64,000 nt of DNA from an uncultured Planctomycetota bacterium (GCA_963737655.1 CAVTTN010000002.1:2912001-2976000), one strand, 5' to 3'. Shown: positions 28,264-39,772, counted from the first letter of the stretch. Notes: generated from the letters alone by a model not told the origin. Program-made: numbers and translations.

Positions 28264-29794
28264 ATGTACAAGCTCGACCCGCCCGCCCTCCTGTTCGAGA
28301 CCAGCCGCCCGGGACGATCCACGGCGATCTTGCCGCCCTGCGACGTTCCCGAGTTGCCCCTGGATGATTTGATCCCGCGGGCCCATCGCTCGACCACTCC
28401 CCCGCCCCTGCCCGAGCTCGGCGAGCTGGACGTGGTCCGGCACTACACGAATCTTTCGACGTCCAATATGTCGATTGATTCGAACTTCTACCCGCTCGGC
28501 TCCTGCACGATGAAGTACAACCCCAAGAGGAACGAGCGGCTCGCGGCGTTGCCGGGCGTTTCGGGACTCCATCCCTATCAAGATCCGGCGACCCTCCAGG
28601 GCATCCTGGAGCTGCTGCACTCGATCCAGGAGTACCTCGCCGAGATCGCCGGGCTGCATGCCGTGAGCCTCCAGCCGGCCGCCGGAGCTCAGGGGGAGCA
28701 AACCGCGTTGCTCGTCGCCTCGGCCTATTTCAAGGACCGCGGCGAACATCGCACCAAGGTCCTGATCCCCGACAGCGCCCACGGGACCAACCCCGCCTCG
28801 GCCCACCTCGCCGGGTACGACGCCGTCACGATCAAGAGCGACCTCCGCGGGTTCGTCGACCTGGACGACCTCCGCGCCAAGCTCGACGACCAGACGGCCG
28901 TCTTCATGATCACCAACCCCAACACCGTCGGCCTCTTCGACCCGCAGGTCGGCGAGATCGCCCGGATGCTCCACGAGAAGGGCGCGCTGCTCTACCTCGA
29001 CGGCGCGAACATGAACGCGATTTTGGGGGAGGTCCGGCCCGGCGACATGGGCGCCGACCTGATGCACTACAACCCCCACAAGACGTTCTCCGGCCCCCAC
29101 GGCGGGGGAGGCCCCGGCGCCGGGCCGATCGCCGTCCGCGACTTCCTCGCCCCGTACCTGCCGGCCCCGATGATCGCGAAGGACGCCGACGGCTCGTACC
29201 GGCTCGACACCGATCGGCCGAAGTCGATCGGCCGGGTCCTGCGCGTACTTCGGCAACGTCGGCGTGCTCGTCCGCGCCTACTGCTACATCCGGTGCCAAG
29301 GCCCGGACGGGCTGAAGGCCGTGGCCCAGAACGCCGTCTTGAATGCGAATTACCTGATGAGCCTGATCAAGGGGACGTTCTCGGTCCCCCTGGGCGAGCG
29401 GTGCATGCACGAGTTCGTGGCGTCGGCCCGGCCGCTGGCCCGGGAGCGGGGCGTCCGCGCGATGGACATCGCCAAGCGATTGCTCGATCACAACATCCAC
29501 GCGCCGACGGTCTATTTCCCCCTGATCGTCCCCGAGGCGATGATGATCGAGCCCACGGAGACCGAGAGCCGCGAGACGATCGAGCATTTCGCCGACGTCC
29601 TCAAGGCGATCGCCGCCGAGGACCCGCAGGTCCTCCACGACGCCCCGACCACCACGCCGATCAGCCGGCCCGACGAGGTCGCGGCGGCCAAATCGCCGAT
29701 CCTGCGATGGTCGCCGGGATCGGGCCCGCAAACCAGGGCCGCCGAGGCCGCGCCGAGGTCCGACGGCCGGACCCTGGTCGCCCCGACGTACTGA
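28264..29794 (+). CDS. gcvPB: glycine dehydrogenase subunit 2; frameshift near 29240
   Basis: Motifs YPLGSCTMKYNP, SAHGTNPASA, HKTFSGPHGGGGPG, then HEFV, APTVYFP and MIEPTETE in a shifted frame. Confidence 0.92.
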
Positions 29795-29802
29795 GCCCAC
29801 TC

Positions 29803-30546
29803 GTGATCTGCCGAATCCTGCCGACGACGACGGCCGACGGCCCGGCGAACATGGCCCGGGACCAGGCCCTCCTGGACCGGATCGACGCCGACCCGTCGTC
29901 GGCCGTGTTGCGGACGTATCTCTGGAGCGAGCCGACGCTCAGCCTCGGCTATTTCCAGAAGGTCGCCGACGCCCGGGACGACCCGCGATGGGACGGCGTG
30001 CCGATCGTCCGCCGCCCCAGCGGCGGGGGGGCCCTCTGGCATGATCGCGAGCTCACGTATGGGCTGGTCGTGCCCAGGAGCCACCCCCTGGCGGGCCGGC
30101 CGTCGGCCCTCTATCGGGCCGTCCACTCGGCGATCGCGGCGATCCTGGGCGAGCTGGGCCTCCGGGCCGTCCGCCGAGGTCCCGTCGGCCCTCGCGCGAC
30201 CTCGTCCGGGCCGTTCCTGTGCTTCCTCGATCGGGACGAGGAAGACGTGTTGATCGAAGGCCGGAAGGTGGTGGGGAGCGCCCAGAGGAGGAGGGCGGCG
30301 GCCGTCCTCCAGCACGGGGCGATCCTCCTCGGGGCCTCCGCCAGGACGCCCGAACTGCCCGGGATCGCCGAGATCTCGGCGGAGGCCCTCGATCCTAAGA
30401 CGCTGGCGGAGGTGATGGAGACGGCCCTGCCGGACGCCCTGGGCCTGACCCCCGAACCCTCGGCGATCACCGACGAGGAGCTTCGGCTCGCCTCGGAGAT
30501 CGAACGGGCGGCCTACCGCAATCCGTCGTGGACCGATCGTCGCTGA
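29803..30546 (+). CDS. lipoate-protein ligase A family protein
   Basis: Motifs NMARDQALL, PTLSLGYFQ, RRPSGGGALWH, KVVGSAQRR, LQHGAI. Confidence 0.9.
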   Translation: MICRILPTTTADGPANMARDQALLDRIDADPSSAVLRTYLWSEPTLSLGYFQKVADARDDPRWDGVPIVRRPSGGGALWHDRELTYGLVVPRSHPLAGRPSALYRAVHSAIAAILGELGLRAVRRGPVGPRATSSGPFLCFLDRDEEDVLIEGRKVVGSAQRRRAAAVLQHGAILLGASARTPELPGIAEISAEALDPKTLAEVMETALPDALGLTPEPSAITDEELRLASEIERAAYRNPSWTDRR

Positions 30547-30943
30547 GGATTCCGGCCCGGACCCGGGCGCCGGGGCCGTCGACCACCGAGGGGGCCTGGC
30601 CCCGGCCCTGAATTCGGTCCGGAATCGGGAAGATCCGTGGAGGGCGCGGGATCAAACGAGATTTCCGGGCCTCCTCGGGCCGAAAAGAAACGGGGGGAGG
30701 ATTTCCCGGGCGTCTTCCGGCCCGTTTGAACCGGGAAAAATGGAAAAGTCGGCCCGGACCCTGTTGTTCAGCGGGTCCGTTGGATATAGTAGCCACAGCG
30801 ACGCCGGGCACCGTGACCTCGATTAAGCGGCCCCCCCTCTCCGCCTCGCGTCGCGTCCGCCAGCCTGAGATCGATGTCGATCCTCCCCCGGGCGTACTCC
30901 TGCGCCCTTTCTGCAGTAGGTCTTCCATATCGGGGCGGCCCTC

Positions 30944-31921
30944 ATGCTGAAAGTGACTCTGATCGTGGTCTCGGGCAAGCCGGAGGGCAAGGAGATCCCC
31001 CTGGTCGGCCCGGTGTTTCGGATCGGGCGGGATGAGACCTGCCACCTGAAACCCAACAGCGTTGAGGTCAGCCGGCAGCACTCGGAGATCGCCATCGGCG
31101 AGACCGAGGTGACGATCCGCGACCTCGGCAGCCGCAACGGCACGCTCATCAGCGGCAAGCCGATCGTCGGCGTCCACAAGCTGACCAGCGGCGAGCTGCT
31201 GAAGATCGGCCCGCTGACCTTCGCGGTGTCGATCCAGGGGATCCCGACGCCGGCCGTCCCGGCCCGCCCGGCGACACCCGGCAAGTCGCCGTCGAGCGAC
31301 GTCGTCCCGCCCGACCAGATCGGCACCTGGCTCGTCGCCGACCACACCCGGCCGACCCCCGATCGCCCCTCCGGCGTGTACGACGGCGACACCCTGACCA
31401 TCGACGCCTACACCGGGGCCGGCGGGACCGTGCCGACCTCCAGCACGAACAAGGCGAAGCCGCCGTCGTCCGCCGCCCAGCCCGCCGCCGCCAAGCCGCC
31501 GTCGTCCACGGCGCAACCGGCCTCGAAGGCCCCGTCGTCGGCCTCCCAGCCGGTGGCCAAACCGCCGTCGTCCGCGGCCCAGCCGGCCGCCGCCAAGCCG
31601 GGCTCGGCCCCGACCCAGCCGGTCGCCCCCATCTTCGAGGAGATGGAATTCGAACGGCTCGAAGAAGGGGCCGGCGATGCCGCCGCCGAGGCCGACGGCC
31701 TGGGCGACGACACCGACGACCCGACCGATTCCGACTCCGGCGGATCGAGCTACGCCGACGCCGAGTTCCTCGACGAGTCCAACCCGTTCTACGTCGCCAA
31801 GAAGGCCGCCTCCGCCAAGGAGACCGAGCAGGCCAGCAAGCAGTCGTACAAGGACACCAGCGACGCCGCCAACGACATCCTCCGCAAGATGCTCGAACGC
31901 CGGAGGGCCGGTCGCTCCTGA
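30944..31921 (+). CDS. FHA domain protein with low-complexity repeat linker and acidic tail
   Basis: FHA motifs IGRD, VSRQH, DLGSRNGT; KPPSSAAQPAAA-type repeats. Confidence 0.88.
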   Translation: MLKVTLIVVSGKPEGKEIPLVGPVFRIGRDETCHLKPNSVEVSRQHSEIAIGETEVTIRDLGSRNGTLISGKPIVGVHKLTSGELLKIGPLTFAVSIQGIPTPAVPARPATPGKSPSSDVVPPDQIGTWLVADHTRPTPDRPSGVYDGDTLTIDAYTGAGGTVPTSSTNKAKPPSSAAQPAAAKPPSSTAQPASKAPSSASQPVAKPPSSAAQPAAAKPGSAPTQPVAPIFEEMEFERLEEGAGDAAAEADGLGDDTDDPTDSDSGGSSYADAEFLDESNPFYVAKKAASAKETEQASKQSYKDTSDAANDILRKMLERRRAGRS

Positions 31922-32006
31922 CCGAGCCGATCCGATCCGATCCGATCCGGGCCTTGCTTGATTTCTCGACGATGACCGAGACGATCGCCGGGGGCCCGCC
32001 CTCTCG

Positions 32007-32970
<964 letters not shown>

Positions 32971-32982
32971 GCGGAAAAGTGG

Positions 32983-33071
32983 CCGGGTGGCATGCTGACG
33001 TCCGCGTCAGCATGTCTTCGGCTTGGTTCCGACGTCTAAAAACATGCTTACGCGGACGTAAGCATGCCACA
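32983..33071. repeat. REP-like element family A
   Basis: CCGGGTGGCATGCTGACGTCCGCGTCAGCATG...CATGCTTACGCGGACGTAAGCATGCCAC between convergent genes. Confidence 0.8.
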
Positions 33072-33105
33072 CGACCACGGTGATCCGGGACTCGCGGCCC
33101 TTGCG

Positions 33106-33963
33106 TCAAGCAACGGCCGAGGTCGCCGCTTCGGCCGGGGCGAGGGTGTCGATGAACCGGCCGGCTGGGCGGCTTCTCAGGTAGGCCCAGAAGGCCAGGC
33201 CCCCGGCGAAGATGCCGACGCTGATGGTTTGCGAGATCGTCATCCCGGCGAAGAACGAGCCTTCGTCGTCCCGGAGGATCTCGATCAGGAACCGGGTGAT
33301 CGGGTAGGTGACCATCAAGAGGGCCATGACCTCCCCGTCCTTCCTTCGGAACGGGTAGAAGGCCAGTAACAGGGCGAGCAGCAGGAAGCCGTCGAACGAG
33401 GAATAGAGCTGCGTGGGGTGGATCGGCAGCGATTTGGTGGCGGTCGCGGAGATCCAGCCCCGGTCGAACTGGTCGCCCCAGGGGATCGATTTGAAGGGGA
33501 ACCTGACGGCCCAGGGATACGCGCACTTGCCCCCGAAGCAGCAGCCGTTGAAGAAGCAGCCGAGGCGTCCGAACGCCACCCCCACGGCCAGCGCGGGCGC
33601 CACGACGTCCACCATCGGCAGGAACGGGAACGGCCTCATGAATCGGTAGAAGAGGAAGCCGGCGGCGCCCCCGAGGATGCTCCCATACAGGACGATCCCG
33701 CCTTTCCAGAAGGCGATGATGTCGCCGAGCGTCCTCATGTGCTCGTCGCCCCAGTATTCGATCACGAAGAACGCGCGGGCGCCGACCAGGCCGCCGAGGA
33801 TCAGCCAGAAGGCCAGGTCCCCGACCGTCTCCGGGTCCACCCCGCTGCGCCGGGCCTGCCTCGTGGCGATCGCCAGGGCGGACCACAGGGCCAAAACCAT
33901 CATCGCCCCGAAGCTGAAGACCTGCACCGAGGTCCCGGGGATCGTGAACAGGACGGACCTCAT
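33106..33963 (-). CDS. lgt: prolipoprotein diacylglyceryl transferase
   Basis: Motifs GLVGAR, GGIVLYG, FGRLGCFFNGCC, HPTQLY, RFLIE.LR, SQ.IS. Confidence 0.92.
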   Translation of the reverse strand: MRSVLFTIPGTSVQVFSFGAMMVLALWSALAIATRQARRSGVDPETVGDLAFWLILGGLVGARAFFVIEYWGDEHMRTLGDIIAFWKGGIVLYGSILGGAAGFLFYRFMRPFPFLPMVDVVAPALAVGVAFGRLGCFFNGCCFGGKCAYPWAVRFPFKSIPWGDQFDRGWISATATKSLPIHPTQLYSSFDGFLLLALLLAFYPFRRKDGEVMALLMVTYPITRFLIEILRDDEGSFFAGMTISQTISVGIFAGGLAFWAYLRSRPAGRFIDTLAPAEAATSAVA

Positions 33964-34014
33964 GGGCGGGTCTCGGAAGGCCGTTTGGGGGCGCGGGCGG
34001 GACCCGCGGACCAA

Positions 34015-34416
34015 TCACGCACCGGACCGGGCGGAAGCCGCCTGCCCGACCGGGACGTAATCGAGGGTTTCGACGATCCGGTTGCGGCTGTCGAGCGCGA
34101 CGACCCGGGGCTGGTGCCCCTCGACCTCGCTGGGGTCCATCATCGCGAAGGCCATGACGATCACGCGGTCGCCGACGGCGCCGATCCGGGCCATCGCGCC
34201 GTTGAGCTCGATCTGCCCCTCGCCGCGGATTCCGGGCAGGGCATACGTCTCGGCCCGCCCCCCGGTGGCGACGTTGCTCACCAGAATCGCCTCATACGGC
34301 AGGATGCCCACGGCGTCCATCAGGATCGGGTCGATCGTGAGGCTGCCGTGGTAATTCAGGTCGCTCCCCGAGACCGAGGCCAGGTGGAGCTTGCTCTTGA
34401 GGATCTTGACTTGCAT
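34015..34416 (-). CDS. panD: aspartate 1-decarboxylase
   Basis: Motifs LKSKLH, YHGSLTID (G-S cleavage site), ETY, LNGA.AR, GDRVIV. Confidence 0.95.
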   Translation of the reverse strand: MQVKILKSKLHLASVSGSDLNYHGSLTIDPILMDAVGILPYEAILVSNVATGGRAETYALPGIRGEGQIELNGAMARIGAVGDRVIVMAFAMMDPSEVEGHQPRVVALDSRNRIVETLDYVPVGQAASARSGA

Positions 34417-35283
34417 TCAGGTCGGGTCCGGCAACTGGGCGTTATCGATCAATCGAGTCGTCCCGAACCGGACGGCCAGGAGGGCCACGGCCCTCCGCCC
34501 CGGTTCCAGGCGGTCCAGACGCTCCAGGGTCTCGGCGTCGGCGACCTCGGCGTAATCGATCCGGGCGTCCTCCTGGGATTCTATCCGGGAGCCCAAAATC
34601 TGTCGAACCCGGTCGGCCGATCGCTCGCCATTCCGGACCGCCTCGGCCGCCTCGCGCAACGCCGCGCTCAACACGCCGGCCGCCCGGCGATGCACCTCAT
34701 TCAAGTAGCGATTGCGGCTGCTCATGGCCAGGCCGTCGGCCTCCCGGACCGTCGGCACCGGGCGGATCGTCACCGGGACGTCCAGGTCGGCGACCATCTT
34801 GCGGATCACCTGGAGCTGCTGATAGTCCTTCTCGCCGAAGAACGCGAGATCGGGGCCGACGATCCCGAACAGCTTCAAGACGACCGTGGCCACGCCCCGG
34901 AAATGCCCCGGCCGGCTCGCCCCTTCGAGGGTCGTCGTCAGGCCGGAGACCTCGACGTAAGTCGAGAGCGGGCCGTGGGGATACATCTCCTCGACCGAAG
35001 GCGCGAAGACGATGTCCGCGCCGCCCTCTCCGCAAAGGAGGAGGTCGGCGTCGAGCGTCCGGGGGTAGCGGCCGAAGTCCTCGTGCGGGCCGAACTGCGA
35101 GGGGTTCACGAAGATCGAGGCCACGACGAAGCCGGACTCGGCCCGGGCCCGCTCGATCAGGCGGACGTGCCCGTCATGAAGCGCGCCCATCGTCGGGACG
35201 AATCCGACGCTCAGGCCCCGGGCCCGGGCCGACCGGACGGCCCGACGGACCTCGGCGATGGTGGCGAGCAGGGTTGGGGTCAC
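34417..35283 (-). CDS. panC: pantoate--beta-alanine ligase
   Basis: Motifs VPTMGALHDGH, SIFVNP.QF, RPGHFRGV, FGEKDYQQ, AMSSRN, RLIDN. Confidence 0.95.
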   Translation of the reverse strand: MTPTLLATIAEVRRAVRSARARGLSVGFVPTMGALHDGHVRLIERARAESGFVVASIFVNPSQFGPHEDFGRYPRTLDADLLLCGEGGADIVFAPSVEEMYPHGPLSTYVEVSGLTTTLEGASRPGHFRGVATVVLKLFGIVGPDLAFFGEKDYQQLQVIRKMVADLDVPVTIRPVPTVREADGLAMSSRNRYLNEVHRRAAGVLSAALREAAEAVRNGERSADRVRQILGSRIESQEDARIDYAEVADAETLERLDRLEPGRRAVALLAVRFGTTRLIDNAQLPDPT

Positions 35284-35548
35284 ATTCGGCCTCCGATTCG
35301 CGAGGGATTCATTCGTCGGAGGGTGGCTCGGGATTGGCCGGGCGTTCCGTCCCCCGGGGTCGGTTCTCCTTTCCGGTCGGCCGGGGCCCGTCGCCGTTTC
35401 CTCGGCCGGACGAGAAGGAAATGGCCCCGGAACGTTCCCACTCCCCCGGCGACTTCCCTCGTACAATACGGTATCGTGCGGGTTCGGGGTCGCCCGGTCA
35501 AGGTCGGGAGGAGGGGCCGGATCGGCCCCGCCTGGGGGGTTCTCTCGG

Positions 35549-37252
35549 ATGGAACGACTCACCGAGGACCATCGCTCCTGCGACGAGGTCGAGACGCGTG
35601 CCGCGCTGATCGCCTCGGAGAAGCGGGCCCGGGCCCTGTTCGAGGGGATCGAGGACTCGGTCTTCGTCCACGACCTGGACGGCAAGATCCTCGACGCCAA
35701 CCCCGCCGCCAGCCGCCGGCTGGGCTACACCCGGGAAGAGTTCCTCAAGCTCAACACGCGGGACATCGACGCCCCGGAGTTCGCCCAGGGGTTCGAGGAC
35801 CGGCTCCACTCCCAGCTCTCCTGCGGCCACCTCCACTGCGAGGGCCGCCACCGGACCAAGGACGGCCGGGTCTTCCCCGTGGACATCAACACCTCGACGA
35901 TCCAGCTGGAAGACCGGCGCGTCGTCGTGGCCGTGATCCGCGACATCACCGAGCGCAAGGCCCTGGAGCAGGCCCGGATCGCCTTCGCCGAGGCGAGGGA
36001 GGCCCACGCCCGCGACATGGAAGAGCAGTCCGCGGCGCTGGCCCAGTCCGAGGAACGATACCGCAAGCTGACCGAGGGGCTGCTCGACGCCGTGGTCGTC
36101 GCCGATCCCGACTCGACGGTCACCCTCTACAACCCGGCCGCCGAACGGGCCTTCGGGTTCGAGCCCGCGGAGGTCCTGGGCCGCCCGCTGGCCGTCCTGC
36201 TGCCGGTGGCCGATCGCGGCGACTCGGCGCCGGACCTGGAAGGAGCCCTGCGGACCAATGCCCCGGAGGTCGTCGGCCGGACGTTCGAGCTCCTCGGACG
36301 GCGGAAGAACGGCGAGGTCTTCCCCCTGGAGATCTCGCTGAGCTCGGTCGAGACGGCCGAGGGCCTCCAGTTCGTCGGCTCGATCCGCGACCAGACCGAG
36401 CGGCAGAGGATGCGAGACCTGGTGACCCAGTCCGACCGCCTCGCCTCGATCGGCCTCCTGAGCGCGGGGGTGGCCCACGAGATCAATAACCCCCTGGCCT
36501 TCATCGCCAACAACCTGGCGGTCCTGGAGCGCGACCTCTCGGGCGTCCTGGAGATCGTCGCGGCGTATGAAGAGGCCGACGGGGCCCTGGAAACGGCCGC
36601 GCCCGAGGCGCTCCGCAAGGTCCGGGAGGCCCGCGAGGAGCTCGATTGGGACTACGTCCGGACCAACCTCGGCCGGATGCTGGGGCGGACCCGCGAAGGG
36701 GTCTCGCGGGTGGCGTCGATCGTCCAGACCCTCCGAGGGCTCGCCCGGACGGCCCCCCCGAAGCTGGAGCCGGCCTCCCTCGGCTCGATCCTCGCCGGCG
36801 CCCTGGAGCTGATCCAGGGCCGGGCCCGCCGATTGGGGATCGCCCTGACCGTGCCTTCGGGACCGGAGGCGGAGGAAAAAATCCTCTGCGTCCCCACCCA
36901 GATCAGCCAGGTCCTCCTGAACCTGATCGTCAACGCGGTCCAGGCGATCGAGGCGAAAGGGCCGGTCGAGGGGGATCGCATCGACCTCACCATCCGGCGA
37001 TCCGGCGGGTTCCGAGCGGTCGAGATCCGCGACACCGGCGGAGGGATCGACCCCGAGGCCGTCCCCCGCCTGTTCGACCCGTTCTTCACCACCAAGCCCG
37101 TCGGCGAGGGGACCGGGCTCGGCCTCTCCATCTCCCACGGGATCATCCAGGGCCACGGGGGGCGGATCGAGGTCGAAAATCGGCCTGGACAGGGCGCGAC
37201 ATTCCGGGTCTTGTTGCCCGATCGGCGGCCGTCCGGGGCTTCGGGTGCATGA
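35549..37252 (+). CDS. PAS-PAS sensor histidine kinase (NtrB-like)
   Basis: Motifs AGVAHEINNPL, NLIVNA, DTGGGI, FDPFFTTK, GTGLGL; two PAS domains. Confidence 0.93.
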   Translation: MERLTEDHRSCDEVETRAALIASEKRARALFEGIEDSVFVHDLDGKILDANPAASRRLGYTREEFLKLNTRDIDAPEFAQGFEDRLHSQLSCGHLHCEGRHRTKDGRVFPVDINTSTIQLEDRRVVVAVIRDITERKALEQARIAFAEAREAHARDMEEQSAALAQSEERYRKLTEGLLDAVVVADPDSTVTLYNPAAERAFGFEPAEVLGRPLAVLLPVADRGDSAPDLEGALRTNAPEVVGRTFELLGRRKNGEVFPLEISLSSVETAEGLQFVGSIRDQTERQRMRDLVTQSDRLASIGLLSAGVAHEINNPLAFIANNLAVLERDLSGVLEIVAAYEEADGALETAAPEALRKVREAREELDWDYVRTNLGRMLGRTREGVSRVASIVQTLRGLARTAPPKLEPASLGSILAGALELIQGRARRLGIALTVPSGPEAEEKILCVPTQISQVLLNLIVNAVQAIEAKGPVEGDRIDLTIRRSGGFRAVEIRDTGGGIDPEAVPRLFDPFFTTKPVGEGTGLGLSISHGIIQGHGGRIEVENRPGQGATFRVLLPDRRPSGASGA

Positions 37253-37519
37253 AATGGATCTTCTTCTGTTCCGTTGAAAACCCTGGTGGGGATGAGACAT
37301 CCAGTAGGTCCGACTTCAGTCGGGCCTGCGGAAATCTCTCATTCGGTAGGCCCGACTGAAGTCGGACGGACTCGATCGACTGCTTTGAAGGGGTTTTCTA
37401 ATCCGGAACCCTCTTCTCTTTTCGCGAGCGAGGCGGAGCGGACGCCGGTTGGCTCGGAAGAAAGAGCCTATCTTCTCCCATCAAGTCTACGCGTGGAACC
37501 GGTGCATCCCATGCACCCG
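37243..37519. repeat. nested REP/MITE-like structure: family B pair enclosing an IR pair enclosing a second GTAG REP pair (family C)
   Basis: Outer GGGTGCATGAAATG (37243) and GGTGCATCCCATGCACCC (37501). Middle GTTGAAAACCC and GGGTTTTCTAAT. Inner GTAGGTCCGACTTCAGTCGGGCCT (37304) and AGGCCCGACTGAAGTCGGAC (37348). Confidence 0.7.
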
Positions 37520-37524
37520 ATGAG

Positions 37525-38031
37525 ATGAAACTCATGAGCGGACGCCACAAGCATTGCCTCCTCGTCGTGGACGACGAGCCCGACGTCTGCGATTCGGTGC
37601 ACGACCTCCTCCGCCGGGAATTCCGCGTCCTGAAGGCCCACGGGGCGAAGGAGGGATTCCGCCTGATGCAGGAGGAGGAGGTGCATATCATCATGACCGA
37701 CCAGAGGATGCCGCAGATCACCGGCGTCGAGCTCCTCGAATCGATCAAGACCCGCAACCCGATGGCCGTCCGCCTGCTGTTCACCGGCTACGCGGACCTG
37801 GAATCGATCGTCGCGGCGATCAACCAGGGGCATATCTACCAGTTCCTGAAGAAGCCCTGGCAGCCGGAGGAGCTGCTCCTGGCGGTGAGGACCGCCGCCA
37901 TCGAATACGACCGGATGGTGGCCGAGGCCGAGGAGGCCGACCGGCTCCGCGAGGAGGTCGGCGGCCTGAAGCTGAGGGTCTCGGCCCTGGAGGGGGAGGT
38001 CCGTCGCCTCGGCGGCCTTTTGCCCGAATGA
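37525..38031 (+). CDS. response regulator (REC plus coiled coil; alternative start 37534)
   Basis: Motifs LLVVDDE, TDQRMP, LFTGYAD, KPW. Confidence 0.9.
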   Translation: MKLMSGRHKHCLLVVDDEPDVCDSVHDLLRREFRVLKAHGAKEGFRLMQEEEVHIIMTDQRMPQITGVELLESIKTRNPMAVRLLFTGYADLESIVAAINQGHIYQFLKKPWQPEELLLAVRTAAIEYDRMVAEAEEADRLREEVGGLKLRVSALEGEVRRLGGLLPE

Positions 38032-39319
38032 CCGCGACGATCGTCCCCCCCTCGCCGGCCCTCGCCCCGACGCGCCGCCACGGCCTCCTGATCGTGGACG
38101 ACGAGCGCGACGTCCTGGAGAGCCTCCGCCACCTGTTCCACCGCCGCTATCGCGTCTTCACGGCCGACAACGGCGCCGACGCGTTGAAGCTCGTCGATCG
38201 CGAGGACGTCCACGTCATCCTGTCCGACCAGAGGATGCCCGGGATGCCCGGCGACGTCTTCCTCGGCCGGGTCCGCCAGAGCCATCCGGACATCGTCCGC
38301 CTCCTGTTCACCGGCTACGCCGAGATCCAGACGGTGATCAGCGCCGTGAACCAGGGCGGGATCTTCCGCTACCTCCACAAGCCCTGGGACGCCGACGAGA
38401 TCCAGTCCGTGGTGGCCCAGGCGGCCGAGCAATTCGAGCTGTTGGCCGAGCGGCGGAGGCTCGTCGGCGAGCTCCAGGGCGCCAACGCCCGGTTGATCGA
38501 GGCCAACCGCGTCCTGGCCGAGAACGACCAGCTCAAGACCGCGTTCCTGGAAGTCGCCAGCCACGAATTCAACACGCCGATCACGGTCGTCCAGGGCCTC
38601 AGCGAGCTCCTGAAGCTGGTGAACCCCGACCGGGACGAGGCCGAGCGGCAGATCGTCGAGCAGATCGCCGACTCCGCCGGCCAGCTCGCCCGGCTCGTGG
38701 GGACCATGCTCAAGCTCCTCCGCGCCGGCGACTTCCGCAATCCGTTGCGGCTGGAGACGACGGACCTCGCCGCCCTGTTGCGGGAGGTGGCGGCCTCGGC
38801 CGGCCCGTTCGTGGCGGCCCGGCATCTGGAGTTCGTGGTCGATGTCGGCGAGTCGCTCGGGCCGTTCACGATCGACCGCGACAAGGTCCGCGACGCCGTG
38901 GTGAACCTGGTGTCCAACGCGATCAAGTTCACGCCCGACGGCGGCCTCGTGGCCCTGTCCGCCCGCCTGGTCGGGCCGGACCTGGCCGAGATCGAGGTCT
39001 CGGACCAGGGGATCGGCCTGGAGCCCGGGCCCTGGCGCGACTGTTCGAGCCATTCTTTACAGAATTCGATCCGGCCACGCATTCGACGGGCGACTTCGGG
39101 TTCCGCAAACGCGGCCTGGGCCTGGGCTTGAGCCTGGTCAAGCGGTTCATCGAGATGCACGGCGGCACCGTCCGGGCCGAGAGCGAACCGGACCGGGGGA
39201 CCCGGATTCTCGCCCTTCTGCCGCGATCTCCGCATCAAGGCGCGCCGGATGCCGTACAATTGCGGGAGGAGGGTCGTCCCCGTCTCGCCCCCGACGCGAC
39301 CCCGCCCGCTCCCTCGTGA
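38028..39319 (+). CDS. hybrid REC-histidine kinase; frameshift near 39025
   Basis: Motifs IVDDE, SDQRMP, ASHEFNTP, NAIKFT, DQGIG, then LFEPFF and GLGLGL in a shifted frame. Confidence 0.88.
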
Positions 39320-39329
39320 GAGATCGCTG

Positions 39330-39689
39330 ATGCCGACCGCCCTGATCGTCGAGGACGAGCCCGACGCCAACCGCCTCCTGGCGATGATCGTCCAGCTCAA
39401 GGGGTTCACGACCCGCTCCGCCTTCACCGGCAGCGAGGCCCTGGCCCTGGTGGACGAGGACCCGCCGGACGTCGTCTTCCTCGACCTCATGCTCCCCGAT
39501 ACCAACGGCTTCGAGGTCTGCCGGACCATCAAGTCCCGACCCGAGACCTCCAAGGTCCCGGTCGTGATGGTCACCGCCCGCCTCGCCGAGGAGAACCGAG
39601 CCAAGTCCCTCCAGGTCGGCGCCGACGAGTTCATCCCCAAGCCCTACACGCCCAATCAGATCTTCGAGGCGCTGGCCGCCATCAAGTAG
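39330..39689 (+). CDS. single-domain response regulator
   Basis: Motifs LIVEDE, LDLMLP..NG, MVTA, KPY. Confidence 0.9.
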   Translation: MPTALIVEDEPDANRLLAMIVQLKGFTTRSAFTGSEALALVDEDPPDVVFLDLMLPDTNGFEVCRTIKSRPETSKVPVVMVTARLAEENRAKSLQVGADEFIPKPYTPNQIFEALAAIK

Positions 39690-39772
39690 GGTGCATGAAA
39701 TGCACCAATCTGCATTGATCCTTTGTGTGTCGGCGCGGAGGCGTTGAAATCGGTGCATTTCATGCACCCTAC
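39686..39772. repeat. REPIN-like inverted pair, family B
   Basis: GTAGGGTGCATGAAATGCACC...GGTGCATTTCATGCACCCTAC, a perfect inverted pair. Confidence 0.9.

Noticed and set aside
28246..30546. GcvPB-lipoate ligase fusion (766 aa)
   Set aside because: Artefact of the 29240 frameshift: gcvPB ends at 29794 in another frame and the ligase has its own start at 29803.
31926..31948. CCGAT pentamer microsatellite
   Set aside because: Only about four units, with no supporting context.
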